Source: Macrostomum lignano (Eukaryota). From it: a stretch of 64,000 nucleotides of DNA. Location of the stretch: contig NIVC01000042.1 of assembly GCA_002269645.1 (NCBI GenBank), positions 558,001-622,000 on the forward strand, in the 5' to 3' direction. Below are positions 1 through 13,359 of the stretch, one piece after another (positions within the stretch are counted from its first letter, which is position 1; every line of letters begins with the position of its first letter). The notes beneath the pieces are model-generated. The model was not told the DNA's origin. It did no database searches and saw only the letters and a program-made list of their open reading frames with translations. Made by a program: the position numbers and the translations under genes.

Positions 1-649
1 TGGTCTAACAGTCTCATTACCTGGTCCTAACAGTCTCATTACCTGGTCCTAACAGTCTCATTACCTGGTCTAACAGTCTCATTACCTGGTCCTAACAGTC
101 TCATTACCTGGTCCTAACAGTCTCATTACCTGATCTAACAGTCTCATTACCTGGTCCTCGCAGTCTCATTACCTGGTCCTCGCAGTCTCATTACCTGGTC
201 CTAACAGTCTCATTACCTGATCTAACAGTCTCATTACCTGATCTAACAGTCTCATTACCTGATCTAACAGTCTCATTACCTGATCTAACAGTCTCATTAC
301 CTGATCTAACAGTCTTATTACCTGATCTAACAGTCTCATTACCTGATCTAACAGTCTCATTACCTGGTCCTAACAGTCTCATTACCTGGTCCTAACAGTC
401 TCATTACCTGATCTAACAGTCTCATTACCTGGTCCTAACAGTCTCATTACCTGGTCCTAACAGTCTCATTACCTGATCTAACAGTCTCATTACCTGGTCC
501 TCGCAGTCTCATTACCTGATCCTCGCAGTCTCATTACCTGATCTAACAGTCTCATTACCTGGTCCTCGCAGTCTCATTACCGGGTCTAACAGTCTCATTA
601 CCGGGTCTAACAGTCTCATTACCTGGTCCTAACAGTCTCATTACCTGGT
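1..649. repeat. Minisatellite, 21-22 bp unit (CTAACAGTCTCATTACCTG[AT/GTC]), runs off the window start
   Basis: About 30 near-identical adjacent units, no unique spacers. Confidence 0.97.
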
Positions 650-1415
650 TTTAGACTTATTAAACCCAGACAATATAATTATACTTTAGGTCTTATCAAT
701 TGACACTTACTAACTCGTACTGACACGTATTTTTGCCACGTGTGCGCATCTACTGCCGATATTAAGCCTTCATGCACTTTGCCAATAAACGCTTCTTTAT
801 AAGCAAAGATAGGTAATGAAAACAGTTGAGACTGAGGCTTAGAGATGAAAGAAACATACGTTTTTTTGTCTGTATCAATTCTTATTGTTCTCATTTTCGC
901 GGTTGAATAAGAACAGTTTTTTATCTACCTACAAAATTTTACAAGCGCATTTGCCTTTGAAATGTTTCGGTGCAACCCATTGTGTGCTGCCTGTCTACCG
1001 ATGTACACTTGAATAGCTGTGCGCGTACTGGGTCGTAGAAATGGAAAGACGCTACTGCACTGGCCGGCTTTTTCTCAGTTGTCCTTATGGTATTCAAGTT
1101 CATAGGAATGGAAAAACTAATTCCTCTGCCGAAACAAAATCGTCCAAAACCCGTTTTTAAAGTGACAGCGGAAAAATCTTTGAATGCATTGGCTCGCGGT
1201 CTGTCAGTTGGTCTGTGTCAACAGTGCAACAGATGCTACTAGCTGGCATCAAATTGATTGATGGCATATAACATAAATTTGACTTTCCTTCAATAGTTGA
1301 ACTGGCTTGGCTTCATGCATACGCCATGTCGTTTTGTTTACTTAACTTAGCTAAAAGTTTACAGATCACAGTGATTGCCAACTGTTTGACTTAGTTGATA
1401 GCATTGTTGGATTAT

Positions 1416-2778
1416 CCCCGGTCATAGAGGTTGGGTTCTCCGCGGTCATAGAGGTTGGGTTCTCCGCGGTCATAGAGGTTGGGTTCTCCCTGGTCATAGA
1501 GGTTGGGTTCTCCCGGTCATAGAGGTTGGGTTCTCCGCGGTCATTGAGGTTGGGTTCTCCGCGGTCATATAGGTAGGGTTCTCCCAGTCATAGAGGTAGG
1601 GTTCTCCCCGGTCATAGAGGTAGGGTTCTCCGCGGTCATAGAGGTTGGGTTCTCCCCGGTCATAGAGGTTGGGTTCTCCGCGGTCATAGAGGTTGGGTTC
1701 TCCGCGGTCATAGAGGTTGGGTTCTCCGCGGTCATAGAGGTTGGGTTCTCCGCGGTCATAGAGGTAGGGTTCTCCCCGGTCATAGAGGTAGGGTTCTCCC
1801 CGGTCATAGAGGTAGGGTTCTCCGCGGTCATAGAGGTTGGGTTCTCCCGGTCATAGAGGTTGGGTTCTCCCGGTCATAGAGGTTGGGTTCTCCCTGGTCA
1901 TAGAGGTTGGGTTCTCCCGGTCATAGAGGTTGGGTTCTCCCTGGTCATAGAGGTTGGGTTCTCCCGGTCATAGAGGTTGGGTTCTCCGCGGTCATAGAGG
2001 TTGGGTTCTCCGCGGTCATAGAGGTAGGGTTCTCCCTGGTCATAGAGGTAGGGTTCTCCCCGGTCATAGAGGTAGGGTTCTCCGCGGTCATAGAGGTTGG
2101 GTTCTCCCGGTCATAGAGGTTGGGTTCTCCCGGTCATAGAGGTTGGGTTCTCCCTGGTCATAGAGGTTGGGTTCTCCCGGTCATAGAGGTTGGGTTCTCC
2201 CGGTCATAGAGGTTGGGTTCTCCGCGGTCATAGAGGTTGGGTTCTCCGCGGTCATAGAGGTTGGGTTCTCCGCGGTCATAGAGGTAGGGTTCTCCCTGGT
2301 CATAGAGGTAGGGTTCTCCCTGGTCATAGAGGTAGGGTTCTCCCGGTCATAGAGGTTGGGTTCTCCCGGTCATAGAGGTAGGTTTCTCCCTGGTCATAGA
2401 GGTTGGGTTCTCCCCGGTCATAGAGGTTGGGTTCTCCCCGGTCATAGAGGTTGGGTTCTCCGCGGTCATAGAGGTTGGGTTCTCCGCGGTCATAGAGGTA
2501 GGGTTCTCCCCGGTCATAGAGGTAGGGTTCTCCCCGGTCATAGAGGTAGGGTTCTCCGCGGTCATAGAGGTTGGGTTCTCCCGGTCATAGAGGTTGGGTT
2601 CTCCCGGTCATAGAGGTTGGGTTCTCCCGGTCATAGAGGTTGGGTTCTCCGCGGTCATAGAGGTAGGGTTCTCCCTGGTCATAGAGGTAGGGTTCTCCCT
2701 GGTCATAGAGGTAGGGTTCTCCCGGTCATAGAGGTTGGGTTCTCCCGGTCATAGAGGTGGTTTCTCCCTGGTCATAGA
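1416..2778. repeat. Minisatellite, 23-24 bp unit (GGTCATAGAGGTWGGGTTCTCC[C/GC/CT])
   Basis: Direct tandem units with small length variants. Confidence 0.97.
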
Positions 2779-4049
2779 AGTATACTGGATACGTAGGATC
2801 ATAGATTTTTGCCCCTACTCGTGTCATACTAATTCAAGTTTGGAGTACTCGTACGAAAAAAAATGAGCAGATTTTTTGCGGCGCACTTTTACAGTCTAAT
2901 TGAGACGATCACGTAGAGACGCGTGTCTGCCCCCGCAGCTATTGGACAGCGGGCAGGTCGCCCACCTCACCCCCTGGTATAACTATCTCTTTCCTCGTTG
3001 CCAGCTAACCCCTGGAATCCCGCAGTTTTTGCCAAAATCTGCATGTTCGCACCTTATTGATATTAGGCGCTGGTAGAAATTTACCTTGACTGCACAGCCG
3101 CGCCGCCCCACACCAACCCCGTCCCCACCGATTACCAACCCTATTCGCTATGACAGAAGAAGAAACAGCAAATTTGAAGCAGCAAAGTGCATGTAAGCTG
3201 ATTATAATAAATTTGCATTTGTAATTGTTTATCTAAGCAGTTTGCCATTGAATAAAATCATATTTTTAAACAAGAGTGCATCATGTCCTTTTTGTCTAAC
3301 TAGCTTACAAGTGTGTGCTGTTTAGCCCTAGTGACCATGCAGTTGTTGAAATGAATTTTATGAATATATTTAGCAATTTATGAGCCTTTTAAGCAAGCTA
3401 TAAGTGCGGCTTCTTTATCTTACGTCCATAGGTGTCCAACGTAATTAGTAGCTTTTGCGAAAGATTCCTCAGTTCACAGTTAATTTGATTGAAATGCAAC
3501 GCTCTTTCACACTTCTATAGCTCTTATACGTGACACTCTGCCGCGCAAGTCAAGCGCATAGCGCAGTGGTTCGTTCAGATTGACTGACAGCTGTCAGACT
3601 TTCAGCTTGTCGAAGTGTGCAACACTGGCTTAAATCATAAAAGTTTCATAGTGAGAAGCATATCTACGTCATAAACGAACTTTACTGTGGATTCTCTGTG
3701 AAGCAGTTTCTGAGTTTGCTATGTTAGAGAACAGGTGAAGCAATTTCTAACTCCTAACTTTTCTAACTTATGACGAAAGCGACCTGTGTATATAGATTTG
3801 GTGTTTATCGCGGCGACACTTCGCTGAAATGCTAGACTAAAACTAAGCGTTATTGCAACCATTCGGGCGTCCCCATCTCCCTCCCCTCCAGGATGTGTAT
3901 CCCTTTCAATGGAATTCCTCAACGATCAATTTCCCATTCGCCTTTATCTTAGGTATCTTTCGTATCTCCGCTATCCATTATCCCATCCACCTTATCCCCG
4001 ATCCACTTATCTTAGATCTCCCATCCCTAATCTATTGTCCCCGTTCGTA

Positions 4050-7000
4050 TCTGCATTTTTGTGTCCCGTTCTATCTGTCCCATTCCCTTATCCCGTTCTC
4101 CCTATCCCCTTCCCCTTATCCTGTTCCCTTTATCCCATTCCCTTATCCCGTTCTCCCTATCCCCTTCCCCTTATCCTGTTCCCTTTATCCCATTCCCTTA
4201 TCCCGTTCTCCCTATCCCCTTCCCCTTATCCCGTTCCCTTTATCCCGTTCCCTTATCCCGTTCCCTTATCCCATTCCCTTATCCCATTCCCTTATCCCGT
4301 TCCCTTATCCCGTTCCCTTATCCCATTCCCTTATCCCGTTCCCTTATCCCGTTCCCTTATCCCATTCCCTTATCCCATTCCCTTATCCCATTCCCTTATC
4401 CCATTCCCTTATCCCGTTCCCTTATCCCGTTCCCTTATCCCGTTCCCTTTATCCCGTTCTCCCTATCCCGTTCCCCTTATCCCGTTCCCTTATCCCGTTC
4501 CCTTATCCCATTCCCTTATCCCATTCCCTTATCCCATTCCCTTATCCCATTCCCTTATCCCGTTCCCTTATCCCGTTCCCTTATCCCATTCCCTTATCCC
4601 ATTCTCTTATCCCGTTCTCTTATCCCGTTCCCTTATCCCGTTCCCTTATCCCATTCCCTTATCCCGTTCCCTTATCCCGTTCCCTTATCCCATTCCCTTA
4701 TCCCATTCCCTTATCCCGTTCCCTTATCCCATTCCCTTATCCCATTCCCTTATCCCATTCCCTTATCCCATTCCCTTATCCCGTTCCCTTATCCCGTTCC
4801 CTTATCCCGTTCCCTTTATCCCGTTCTCCCTATCCCGTTCCCCTTATCCCGTTCCCTTCATCCCATTCCCTTATCCTGTTCTCCCTATCCCGTTCCCCTT
4901 ATCCTGTTCTCCCTATCCCGTTCCCCTTATCCCGTTCCCTTTATCCCATTCCCTTATCCCGTTCCCTTATCCCGTTCCCCTTATCCCGTTCCCTTTATCC
5001 CGTTCTCCCTATCCCATTCCCTTATCCCGTTCCCCTTATCCCGTTCCCTTTATCCCGTTCTCCCTATCCCATTCCCTTATCCCGTTCCCTTATCCCGTTC
5101 CCCTTATCCCGTTCCCTTATCCCGTTCCCTTTATCCCGTTCTCCCTATCCCATTCCCTTATCCCGTTCCCTTATCCCGTTCCCTTTATCCCGTTCTCTTT
5201 ATCCCATTCCCTTATCCCGTTCCCTTATCCCGTTCCCTTTATCCCGTTCCCCTTATCCCATTCCCTTATCCCGTTCCCTTATCCCGTTCTCTTTATCCCG
5301 TTCTCTTTATCCCGTTCCCTTATCCCGTTCCCTTATCCCGTTCCCTTATCCCGTTCCCCTTATCCTGTTCCCTTATCCCGTTCCCTTATCCTGTTCTCCC
5401 TATCCCGTTCCCCTTATCCTGTTCCCTTTATCCCATTCCCTTATCCCGTTCCCTTTATCCCGTTCCCTTTATCCCATTCTCCCTATCCCATTCCCTTATC
5501 CCGTTCCCTTATCCCATTCCCTTATCCCGTTCCCTTTATCCCGTTCCCTTATCCCGTTCCCTTATCCCATTCCCTTATCCCATTCCCTTATCCCGTTCCC
5601 TTATCCCGTTCCCTTATCCCATTCCCTTATCCCGTTCCCTTATCCCGTTCCCTTATCCCATTCCCTTATCCCATTCCCTTATCCCATTCCCTTATCCCAT
5701 TCCCTTATCCCGTTCCCTTATCCCGTTCCCTTATCCCATTCCCTTATCCCATTCTCTTATCCCGTTCTCTTATCCCGTTCCCTTATCCCGTTCCCTTATC
5801 CCATTCCCTTATCCCGTTCCCTTATCCCGTTCCCTTATCCCATTCCCTTATCCCATTCCCTTATCCCGTTCCCTTATCCCATTCCCTTATCCCATTCCCT
5901 TATCCCATTCCCTTATCCCATTCCCTTATCCCGTTCCCTTATCCCGTTCCCTTATCCCGTTCCCTTTATCCCGTTCTCCCTATCCCGTTCCCCTTATCCC
6001 GTTCCCTTCATCCCATTCCCTTATCCTGTTCTCCCTATCCCGTTCCCCTTATCCTGTTCTCCCTATCCCGTTCCCCTTATCCCGTTCCCTTTATCCCATT
6101 CCCTTATCCTGTTCTCCCTATCCCGTTCCCCTTATCCCGTTCCCTTTATCCCGTTCTCCCTATCCCATTCCCTTATCCCGTTCCCTTTATCCCATTCCCT
6201 TATCCTGTTCTCCCTATCCCGTTCCCCTTATCCCGTTCCCTTTATCCCGTTCCCTTATCCCGTTCCCCTTATCCCATTCCCTTATCCTGTTCTCCCTATC
6301 CCGTTCCCCTTATCCCGTTCCCTTATCCCGTTCCCTTTATCCCATTCCCTTATCCTGTTCTCCCTATCCCGTTCCCCTTATCCCGTTCCCTTTATCCCGT
6401 TCTCCCTATCCCATTCCCTTATCCCGTTCCCTTATCCCGTTCCCCTTATCCCGTTCCCTTTATCCCGTTCCCTTATCCCGTTCCCCTTATCCCATTCCTT
6501 TATCCTGTTCTCCCTATCCCGTTACCCTTATCCCGTTCCCTTTATCCCGTTCTCCCTATCCCATTCCCTTATCCCGTTCCCTTATCCCGTTCCCCTTATC
6601 CCGTTCCCTTTATCCCGTTCTCCCTATCCCATTCCCTTATCCCGTTCCCCTTATCCCGTTCCCTTTATCCCGTTCTCCCTATCCCATTCCCTTATCCCGT
6701 TCCCTTATCCCGTTCCCCTTATCCCGTTCCCTTATCCCGTTCCCTTTATCCCGTTCTCCCTATCCCATTCCCTTATCCCGTTCCCTTATCCCGTTCCCTT
6801 TATCCCGTTCTCTTTATCCCATTCCCTTATCCCGTTCCCTTATCCCGTTCCCTTTATCCCGTTCCCCTTATCCCATTCCCTTATCCCGTTCCCTTATCCC
6901 GTTCTCTTTATCCCGTTCTCTTTATCCCGTTCCCTTATCCCGTTCCCTTATCCCGTTCCCTTATCCCGTTCCCCTTATCCTGTTCCCTTATCCCGTTCCC

Positions 7001-8460
7001 TTATCCTGTTCTCCCTATCCCGTTCCCCTTATCCTGTTCCCTTTATCCCATTCCCTTATCCTGTTCTCCCTATCCCGTTCCCCTTATCCCGTTCCCTTTA
7101 TCCCGTTCCCTTATCCCGTTCCCTTTATCCCGTTCCCTTTATCCTATTCTCCCTGTCCCATTCCCTTATCCCGTTCCCTTATCCCGTTCCCTTTATCCCG
7201 TTCTCTTTATCCCGTTCCCTTATACCGTTTCCTTTATCCCGTTCTCCCTATCCCATTCCCTTATCCCGTTCCCTTATCCCGTTCCCTTATCCCATTCCCT
7301 TATCCCATTCCCTTATCCCATTCCCTTATCCCGTTCCCCTTATCCCGTTCCCCTTATCCCGTTTCCTTATCCCGTTCCCTTATCCCGTTCCCCTTATCCC
7401 GTTCCCTTATCCCGTTCCCTTATCCCGTTCCCCTTATCCCATTCCCTTATCCTGTTCTCCCTTTCCCTTATCCCGTTCCCTTATCCCGTTCCCTTATCCC
7501 GTTCCCTTTATCCCGTTCTCCCTATCCTATTCCCTTATCCCGTTCCCTTATCCTGTTCCCCTTATCCCGTTCCCTTATCCCGTTCCCTTTATCCCGTTCT
7601 CCCTATCCCATTCCCTTATCCCGTTCCCTTATCCCGTTCCCTTTATCCCGTTCTCTTTATCCCATTCCCTTATCCCGTTCCCTTATCCCGTTCCCCTTAT
7701 CCCATTCCCTTATCCCGTTCCCTTATCCTGTTCCCTTTATCCCGTTCTCTTTATCCCGTTTCCTTATCCCGTTCCCTTATCCCGTTCCCTTATCCCGTTC
7801 CCCTTATCCTGTTCCCTTATCCCGTTCCCTTATCCTGTTCTCCCTATCCCGTTCCCCTTATCCCGTTCCCTTTATCCCGTTCCCTTATCCCGTTCCCTTT
7901 ATCCCGTTCCCTTTATCCCATTCTCCCTATCCCGTTCCCTTATCCCGTTCCCTTATCCCGTTCTCTTTATCCCGTTCCCCTTATCCTGTTCTCCCTATCC
8001 CGTTCCCTTATCCCGTTCCCCTTATCCCGTTCCCTTTATCCCGTTCCCTTATCCCGTTCCCCTTATCCCGTTCCCCTTATCCCGTTCTCCCTATCCCGTT
8101 CCCTTATCCCGTTCCCTTATCCCGTTCCCTTATCCCGTTCCCTTATCCCGTTTTCTTTATCCCGTTCCCTTATCCCGTTCCCTTATCCCGTTCCCCATAT
8201 CCTGCTCCCCTTATCCCGTTATTCCGTTCTCCATATCCCAGATCCCCTTACCCCGTTCCCCATATCTCCGTTCCCCTTATCCGTGATCCCCTTATCCCGT
8301 TCCCCTTATCCCGTTTCCCTTATCCCGTTCCCCTTATCCCCGATCCCCTTATCCCGTTCCCCTTATCCTTGTTCCCCTTATCCCTGATCCCCTTTATCCC
8401 ATTCCTCTTATCCTATTTCTTTTATTCCATTCTTCCTATCCCATTCCTTTTACCCCAATC
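4050..8460. repeat. 13-14 bp pyrimidine-rich satellite (ATCCCRTTCCCTT)n; minus strand (GGGATAAGGGAAY)n
   Basis: Hundreds of tandem units with degenerate edges; internal block duplications at offsets 1150 and 1615 bp. Confidence 0.97.
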
Positions 8461-8683
8461 CTTCCATCCCTCATCGTTTAATATCCGATCCACCTACACA
8501 CGATTCTTTATCTGATCCTCTCCCATCCTTGATGTTTCCATAACCTATCTATCCATTCTCAATCCATCCATACACCAATCCTAAAATGGATAGTTATATC
8601 AAAGTTCGGGAAGTTCGGCAACATATTAGGACTCATGAAGGTAAATAGGAATGGCGGGTCAAGCATGCACAGTTGATCTAAAC

Positions 8684-9038
8684 CAAGGGCGTCGCCACCG
8701 GGGGACAAGGGGGACATGCTAATGTTTGTCCCCCCACCCCACCTTTGGACCCGTTGTGGAAATCAATAATTTTTCTTCAGGGTGCCAAAATATAGTGTCT
8801 TCGGCGCCAAAATAAGTGCCTGTGGCGCTAAAATGAGTGCCTGCGGTGCCAAAATGAGTTCCTGCTGCGCTAAAATAAGTGCCTGCGGCGTTCAAATGAG
8901 TGCCTGAAGCGCCAAAATGGGCGCTGAAAACACTGATTCTTAAAAAATTGACATGTAGGAATTTAGTCATGTACACGACTTATGTACAATTCTTGGCTTT
9001 GCCCCCTCCCCACCATAAAATCCATGGCGACGCTCCTG
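8684..9038. mobile_element. MITE-like element, CAGGGGCGTCGCCA-type terminal inverted repeats
   Basis: CAAGGGCGTCGCCA (8684) and TGGCGACGCTCCTG (9025-9038) form a 14 bp TIR with 2 mismatches; homologous inverted copy at 32645; no clear TSD. Confidence 0.7.
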
Positions 9039-9389
9039 ATGTAAGTTGAATGGATCGGCGAAGGGATGTGCAAAAAATAGATTGGTGATCAGACGATCCA
9101 GAATGATGCATCAAAGATAGAGTAGAACAGGTCTGATCATTATTTACAGACATTTTTCATTTTTAGTATATAGAAGACCAAGCATTCTGCGCCCTCCCGT
9201 GAGGCAACAAAGCAAGGAATAATTTTTGAATAAGCTTCTTACCTAGAGGGTCACTTGTTAATTTCTTAAAGAACATGATGTTTAAAGCAAAAAATCGTCC
9301 GCCCTGAAAGCCATCCTAAGATGTCAAATCGACAAATTCCATGAGTTTTGGCTCAAAGCATCGAGAAACCCCATGAGCAATTTTAGCTA

Positions 9390-11420
9390 TTCCCCCATGA
9401 GTCTTTTCCTCTCAACAATTCCCCCATGAGTCTTTTCCTCTCAACAATTCCCCCATCAGTCTTTACATCTCAACAATTCCCCCATGAGTCTTTATGCATC
9501 TCAACAATTCCCCCATCAGTCTTTATGCATCTCAACAATTCCCCCATGAGTCTTTATGCATCTCAACAATTCCCCCATCAGTCTTTATGCATCTCAACAA
9601 TTCCCCTGTCAGTCTTTATGCATCTCAACAATTCCCCCATGAGTCTTTATGCATCTCAACAATTCCCCCATCAGTCTTTATGCATCTCAACAATTCCCCC
9701 ATCAGTCTTTACATCTCAACAATTCCCCCATGAGTCTTTATGCATCTCAACAATTCCCCCATCAGTCTTTTCCTCTCAACAATTCCCCATGAGTCTTTTC
9801 CTCTCAACAATTCCCCATGAGTCTTTTCCTCTCAACAATTCCCCCATGAGTCTTTACATCTCAACAATTCCCCCATGAGTCTTTATGCATCTCAACAATT
9901 CCCCCATCAGTCTTTATGCATCTCAACAATTCCCCCATGAGTCTTTATGCATCTCAACAATTCCCCCATGAGTCTTTATGCATCTCAACAATTCCCCCAT
10001 CAGTCTTTTCCTCTCAACAATTCCCCCATGAGTCTTTTCCTCTCAACAATTCCCCCATCAGTCTTTATGCATCTCAACAATTCCCCCATCAGTCTTTACA
10101 TCTCAACAATTCCCCCATGAGTCTTTATGCATCTCAACAATTCCCCATCAGTCTTTATGCATCTCAACAATTCCCCTGTCAGTCTTTATGCATCTCAACA
10201 ATTCCCCCATGAGTCTTTATGCATCTCAACAATTCCCCCATCAGTCTTTATGCATCTCAACAATTCCCCCATCAGTCTTTACATCTCAACAATTCCCCAT
10301 GAGTCTTTATGCATCTCAACAATTCCCCCATCAGTCTTTTCCTCTCAACAATTCCCCCATGAGTCTTTATGCATCTCAACAATTCCCCCATGAGTCTTTT
10401 CCTCTCAACAATTCCCCCATGAGTCTTTACATCTCAACAATTCCCCCATGAGTCTTTATGCATCTCAACAATTCCCCCATCAGTCTTTATGCATCTCAAC
10501 AATTCCCCCATCAGTCTTTATGCATCTCAACAATTCCCCCATCAGTCTTTATGCATCTCAACAATTCCCCTGTCAGTCTTTATGCATCTCAACAATTCCC
10601 CATGAGTCTTTATGCATCTCAACAATTCCCCATCAGTCTTTATGCATCTCAACAATTCCCCCATCAGTCTTTACATCTCAACAATTCCCCATGAGTCTTT
10701 TCATCTCAACAATTCCCCCATCAGTCTTTATGCATCTCAACAATTCCCCATCAGTCTTTACATCTCAACAATTCCCCCATGAGTCTTTATGCATCTCAAC
10801 AATTCCCCCATCAGTCTTTATGCATCTCAACAATTCCCCCATCAGTCTTTATGCATCTCAACAATTCCCCCATCAGTCTTTACATCTCAACAATTCCCCC
10901 ATGAGTCTTTATGCATCTCAACAATTCCCCCATCAGTCTTTACATCTCAACAATTCCCCCATGAGTCTTTATGCATCTCAACAATTCCCCCATGAGTCTT
11001 TTCCTCTCAACAATTCCCCCATGAGTCTTTACATCTCAACAATTCCCCCATGAGTCTTTATGCATCTCAACAATTCCCCCATCAGTCTTTATGCATCTCA
11101 ACAATTCCCCCATGAGTCTTTATGCATCTCAACAATTCCCCCATCAGTCTTTATGCATCTCAACAATTCCCCCATGAGTCTTTATGCATCTCAACAATTC
11201 CCCCATGAGTCTTTATGCATCTCAACAATTCCCCCATCAGTCTTTATGCATCTCAACAATTCCCCCATCAGTCTTTACATCTCAACAATTCCCCCATGAG
11301 TCTTTATGCATCTCAACAATTCCCCCATCAGTCTTTATGCATCTCAACAATTCCCCTGTCAGTCTTTATGCATCTCAACAATTCCACCATGAGTCTTTTC
11401 ATCTCAACAATTCCCCCCGA
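9390..11420. repeat. Minisatellite, 28-31 bp unit (TTCCCCCATSAGTCTTTATGCATCTCAACAA)
   Basis: About 65 tandem units with recurring TTTTCC / TTTAC / TTTATGC variants. Confidence 0.97.
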
Positions 11421-11755
11421 GTCACAGAATTCCAGAAATTCCCCCTATGAGCCTTGACATCGTAGCAGTTCCAACATGAGTGTCTTATGGTTGACAGGGT
11501 GGTTTTTATGGTTGAACCCTAACCCTAAACCCTAACCACTAGTTTGTTATTTCTGTGACGGAGCTATAGTTGTTACCTATGTGACGAATTGTGCTACGTG
11601 GACTTAAGTGACAGGTGACAAATCGTAATTTAACATAAACAACTGCATCAGCAAATCATTAAAATTCACTATACAGACCGGTTGTCGCTGCAAAAAGCAG
11701 TAGCTAGGTAAGTTTTTTTCACTAGATTTCTCGCCCTCTGAACTTTTGCATTGTA

Positions 11756-13074
11756 CGAGGGGTGATCAAAAAGTTCTGCAACCTTTTGTTATAGCTTTTA
11801 GTTATAGAATCAGAAAAAGCCAAAAACTTACACATATGCGGCTATATCTGTTTGCTATATTTATATGCATTTTTGGCTTCCAAATGTGCTCCAGTAAAAT
11901 TTCACAGCCATATATTTTCCATGTGTTTTCAGTAGCTGATGGAAACATCAAAAGACAGTGTTCGCTTCTATATCTTTATGTGCATGCAACTTGGTTGCAA
12001 AGTGACAGAGATTCACACCATGTTTTGTGAATGTTTTAGCTGACTCTGCTCCATCATTTGACACAGTTGCCTGCTGGCTGCGCCATTTCTTGGAAGGCTG
12101 GGACAGCTTCAACGATGAACCAAGGTCTGGCCGACCCCGGACATCCGTGACCGAAGATGTCGTGGCCCATGCCGATGCAATAATTCATGAGGATTGGAGC
12201 TTTTTGCTAAGATTCATTGCCTATGAGCTTGGTGTCAGCTATGGAAGTGCTCATAACATCATGCATGAGCAACTAGGCCGCACAAAGACCTGCGCTCGGT
12301 GGGTACCCCATCTTCTCACTCCGGAGCAGCAAGCAGAGAGGGTGCGCATCTGTCGCTTGTGGCTGCAAATGTTTGAGCCCCACGGCCCACGACAACTGTC
12401 AGATGTCATCACAGGAGACAAATGTTGTATCTCCTTCTTTACCATGAGGGATAAGCAGTCCAACATGGTCTGGCTGGCAGAAGATGAGCCAAGGCCTGAG
12501 GTGCTGAAGACCGGATTCCGCAGTCGGAAGCGGATGTTCACCATTTTTTTCAACTCTCAGGGTGTTGTATCGGTGAACATCCTTCCAGCGGGTGCCACAG
12601 TGACTGCCAGGTACTACACAGACACTGTTCTGCCAGGCGTGCTGCAGGAGCGGCAGGAACGTGCGCGAACCAGGCATGGACCTCGACTCCTGCTGCACCA
12701 TGACAATGCGGCACCGCACAGAGCGGCATCAACCATGGCGTACCTGGAGCAGCAGGGGGTCCGGCTGCTGCCCCATCCACCCTACTCTCTAGACCTAGCA
12801 CCTTCCGACTTTTGGCTGTTCCCGAGGATCAAATCCGTCGTTTCTGGGAGGCCGTTTTCACGCATGCAAGACCTTGCCCAAGCGGTACATTCAGCTCTAC
12901 AGGGTATACCAACTTTGGAGTACCATGACTGCTTTCAGACATGGTGCACACGGATGCGACGGTGCATAGATAGTGGTGGAAAGTACTTTAAGGGAATGTG
13001 ACACTGATTAGACGCCTCGGCTGCTGCAGCACAGAGTTGTGAGGTCACTTGCAGAACTTTTTGATCACCCCTCG
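11756..13074 (+). mobile_element. Full-length mariner DNA transposon (1319 bp)
   Basis: Perfect 26 bp TIRs CGAGGGGTGATCAAAAAGTTCTGCAA (11756-11781 / 13049-13074), TA on both flanks, internal DD34D transposase. TIR resembles Hsmar2/irritans type (from memory). Confidence 0.97.
11939..13001 (+). pseudogene. Mariner DD34D transposase, frameshifted
   Basis: ATG 11939 (METSKDSVRFYIFM..EIH) is out of frame with ORF 12027-13001, so there is a frameshift near 12025. Motifs RWVPHLLT, ITGDK (normally TGDE), HHDNAAPH, and 34 aa to the D of YSLDLAPSD (normally YSPDL). Confidence 0.9.
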
Positions 13075-13359
13075 TAAATTGAGAAAGTAGCTACATACGT
13101 TGTGTTTTCTTACTCTTTTACACGAGCTACTTTACTAGCTTTTTTAATAAAACCGAAAACTTCCTATCTCGCTAATGCATTTTGCTGCTGAAAACCGGAA
13201 ATCAGTAGCTAGCGTCCTTCTGTTGTATAGTTGGCAAAATTACCTAATGCACTAAGTTAACTGCTGTAAATGTAAATGCACTAATGCAAAGGTACCAACT
13301 GCAAGACCGATCAGCAAGATGCAGACGCTCGTTCAGCCACCGAACTGCAACCGACACTG

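Noticed and set aside
169-2613. Short repeat-peptide ORFs (MRLLDQV, GHRGWVL, MTAENPTS)
   Set aside because: Translations of minisatellites
3075-3235. Exon-like GC-rich patch with a GTAAGC donor (also 8587-8641 and 49640-49760)
   Set aside because: No recognisable protein similarity or partner exons could be established by eye
3853-8515. Three ORFs of about 1480 aa (PYPVPLSRSLIPF repeats)
   Set aside because: All three + frames are open only because the 13 bp unit lacks stop codons on that strand; frequent 1 bp indels; no unique domain
1-11420. Regular repeat arrays as CRISPR candidates
   Set aside because: Units are contiguous with no unique spacers, there are no cas genes, and the context is eukaryotic
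9426-11457. HLNNSP/SQQFP ORFs
   Set aside because: Minisatellite translations broken by indels
11515-11537. (CCCTAA)-like telomeric motif
   Set aside because: Only about 3 imperfect units; too short to call an interstitial telomere
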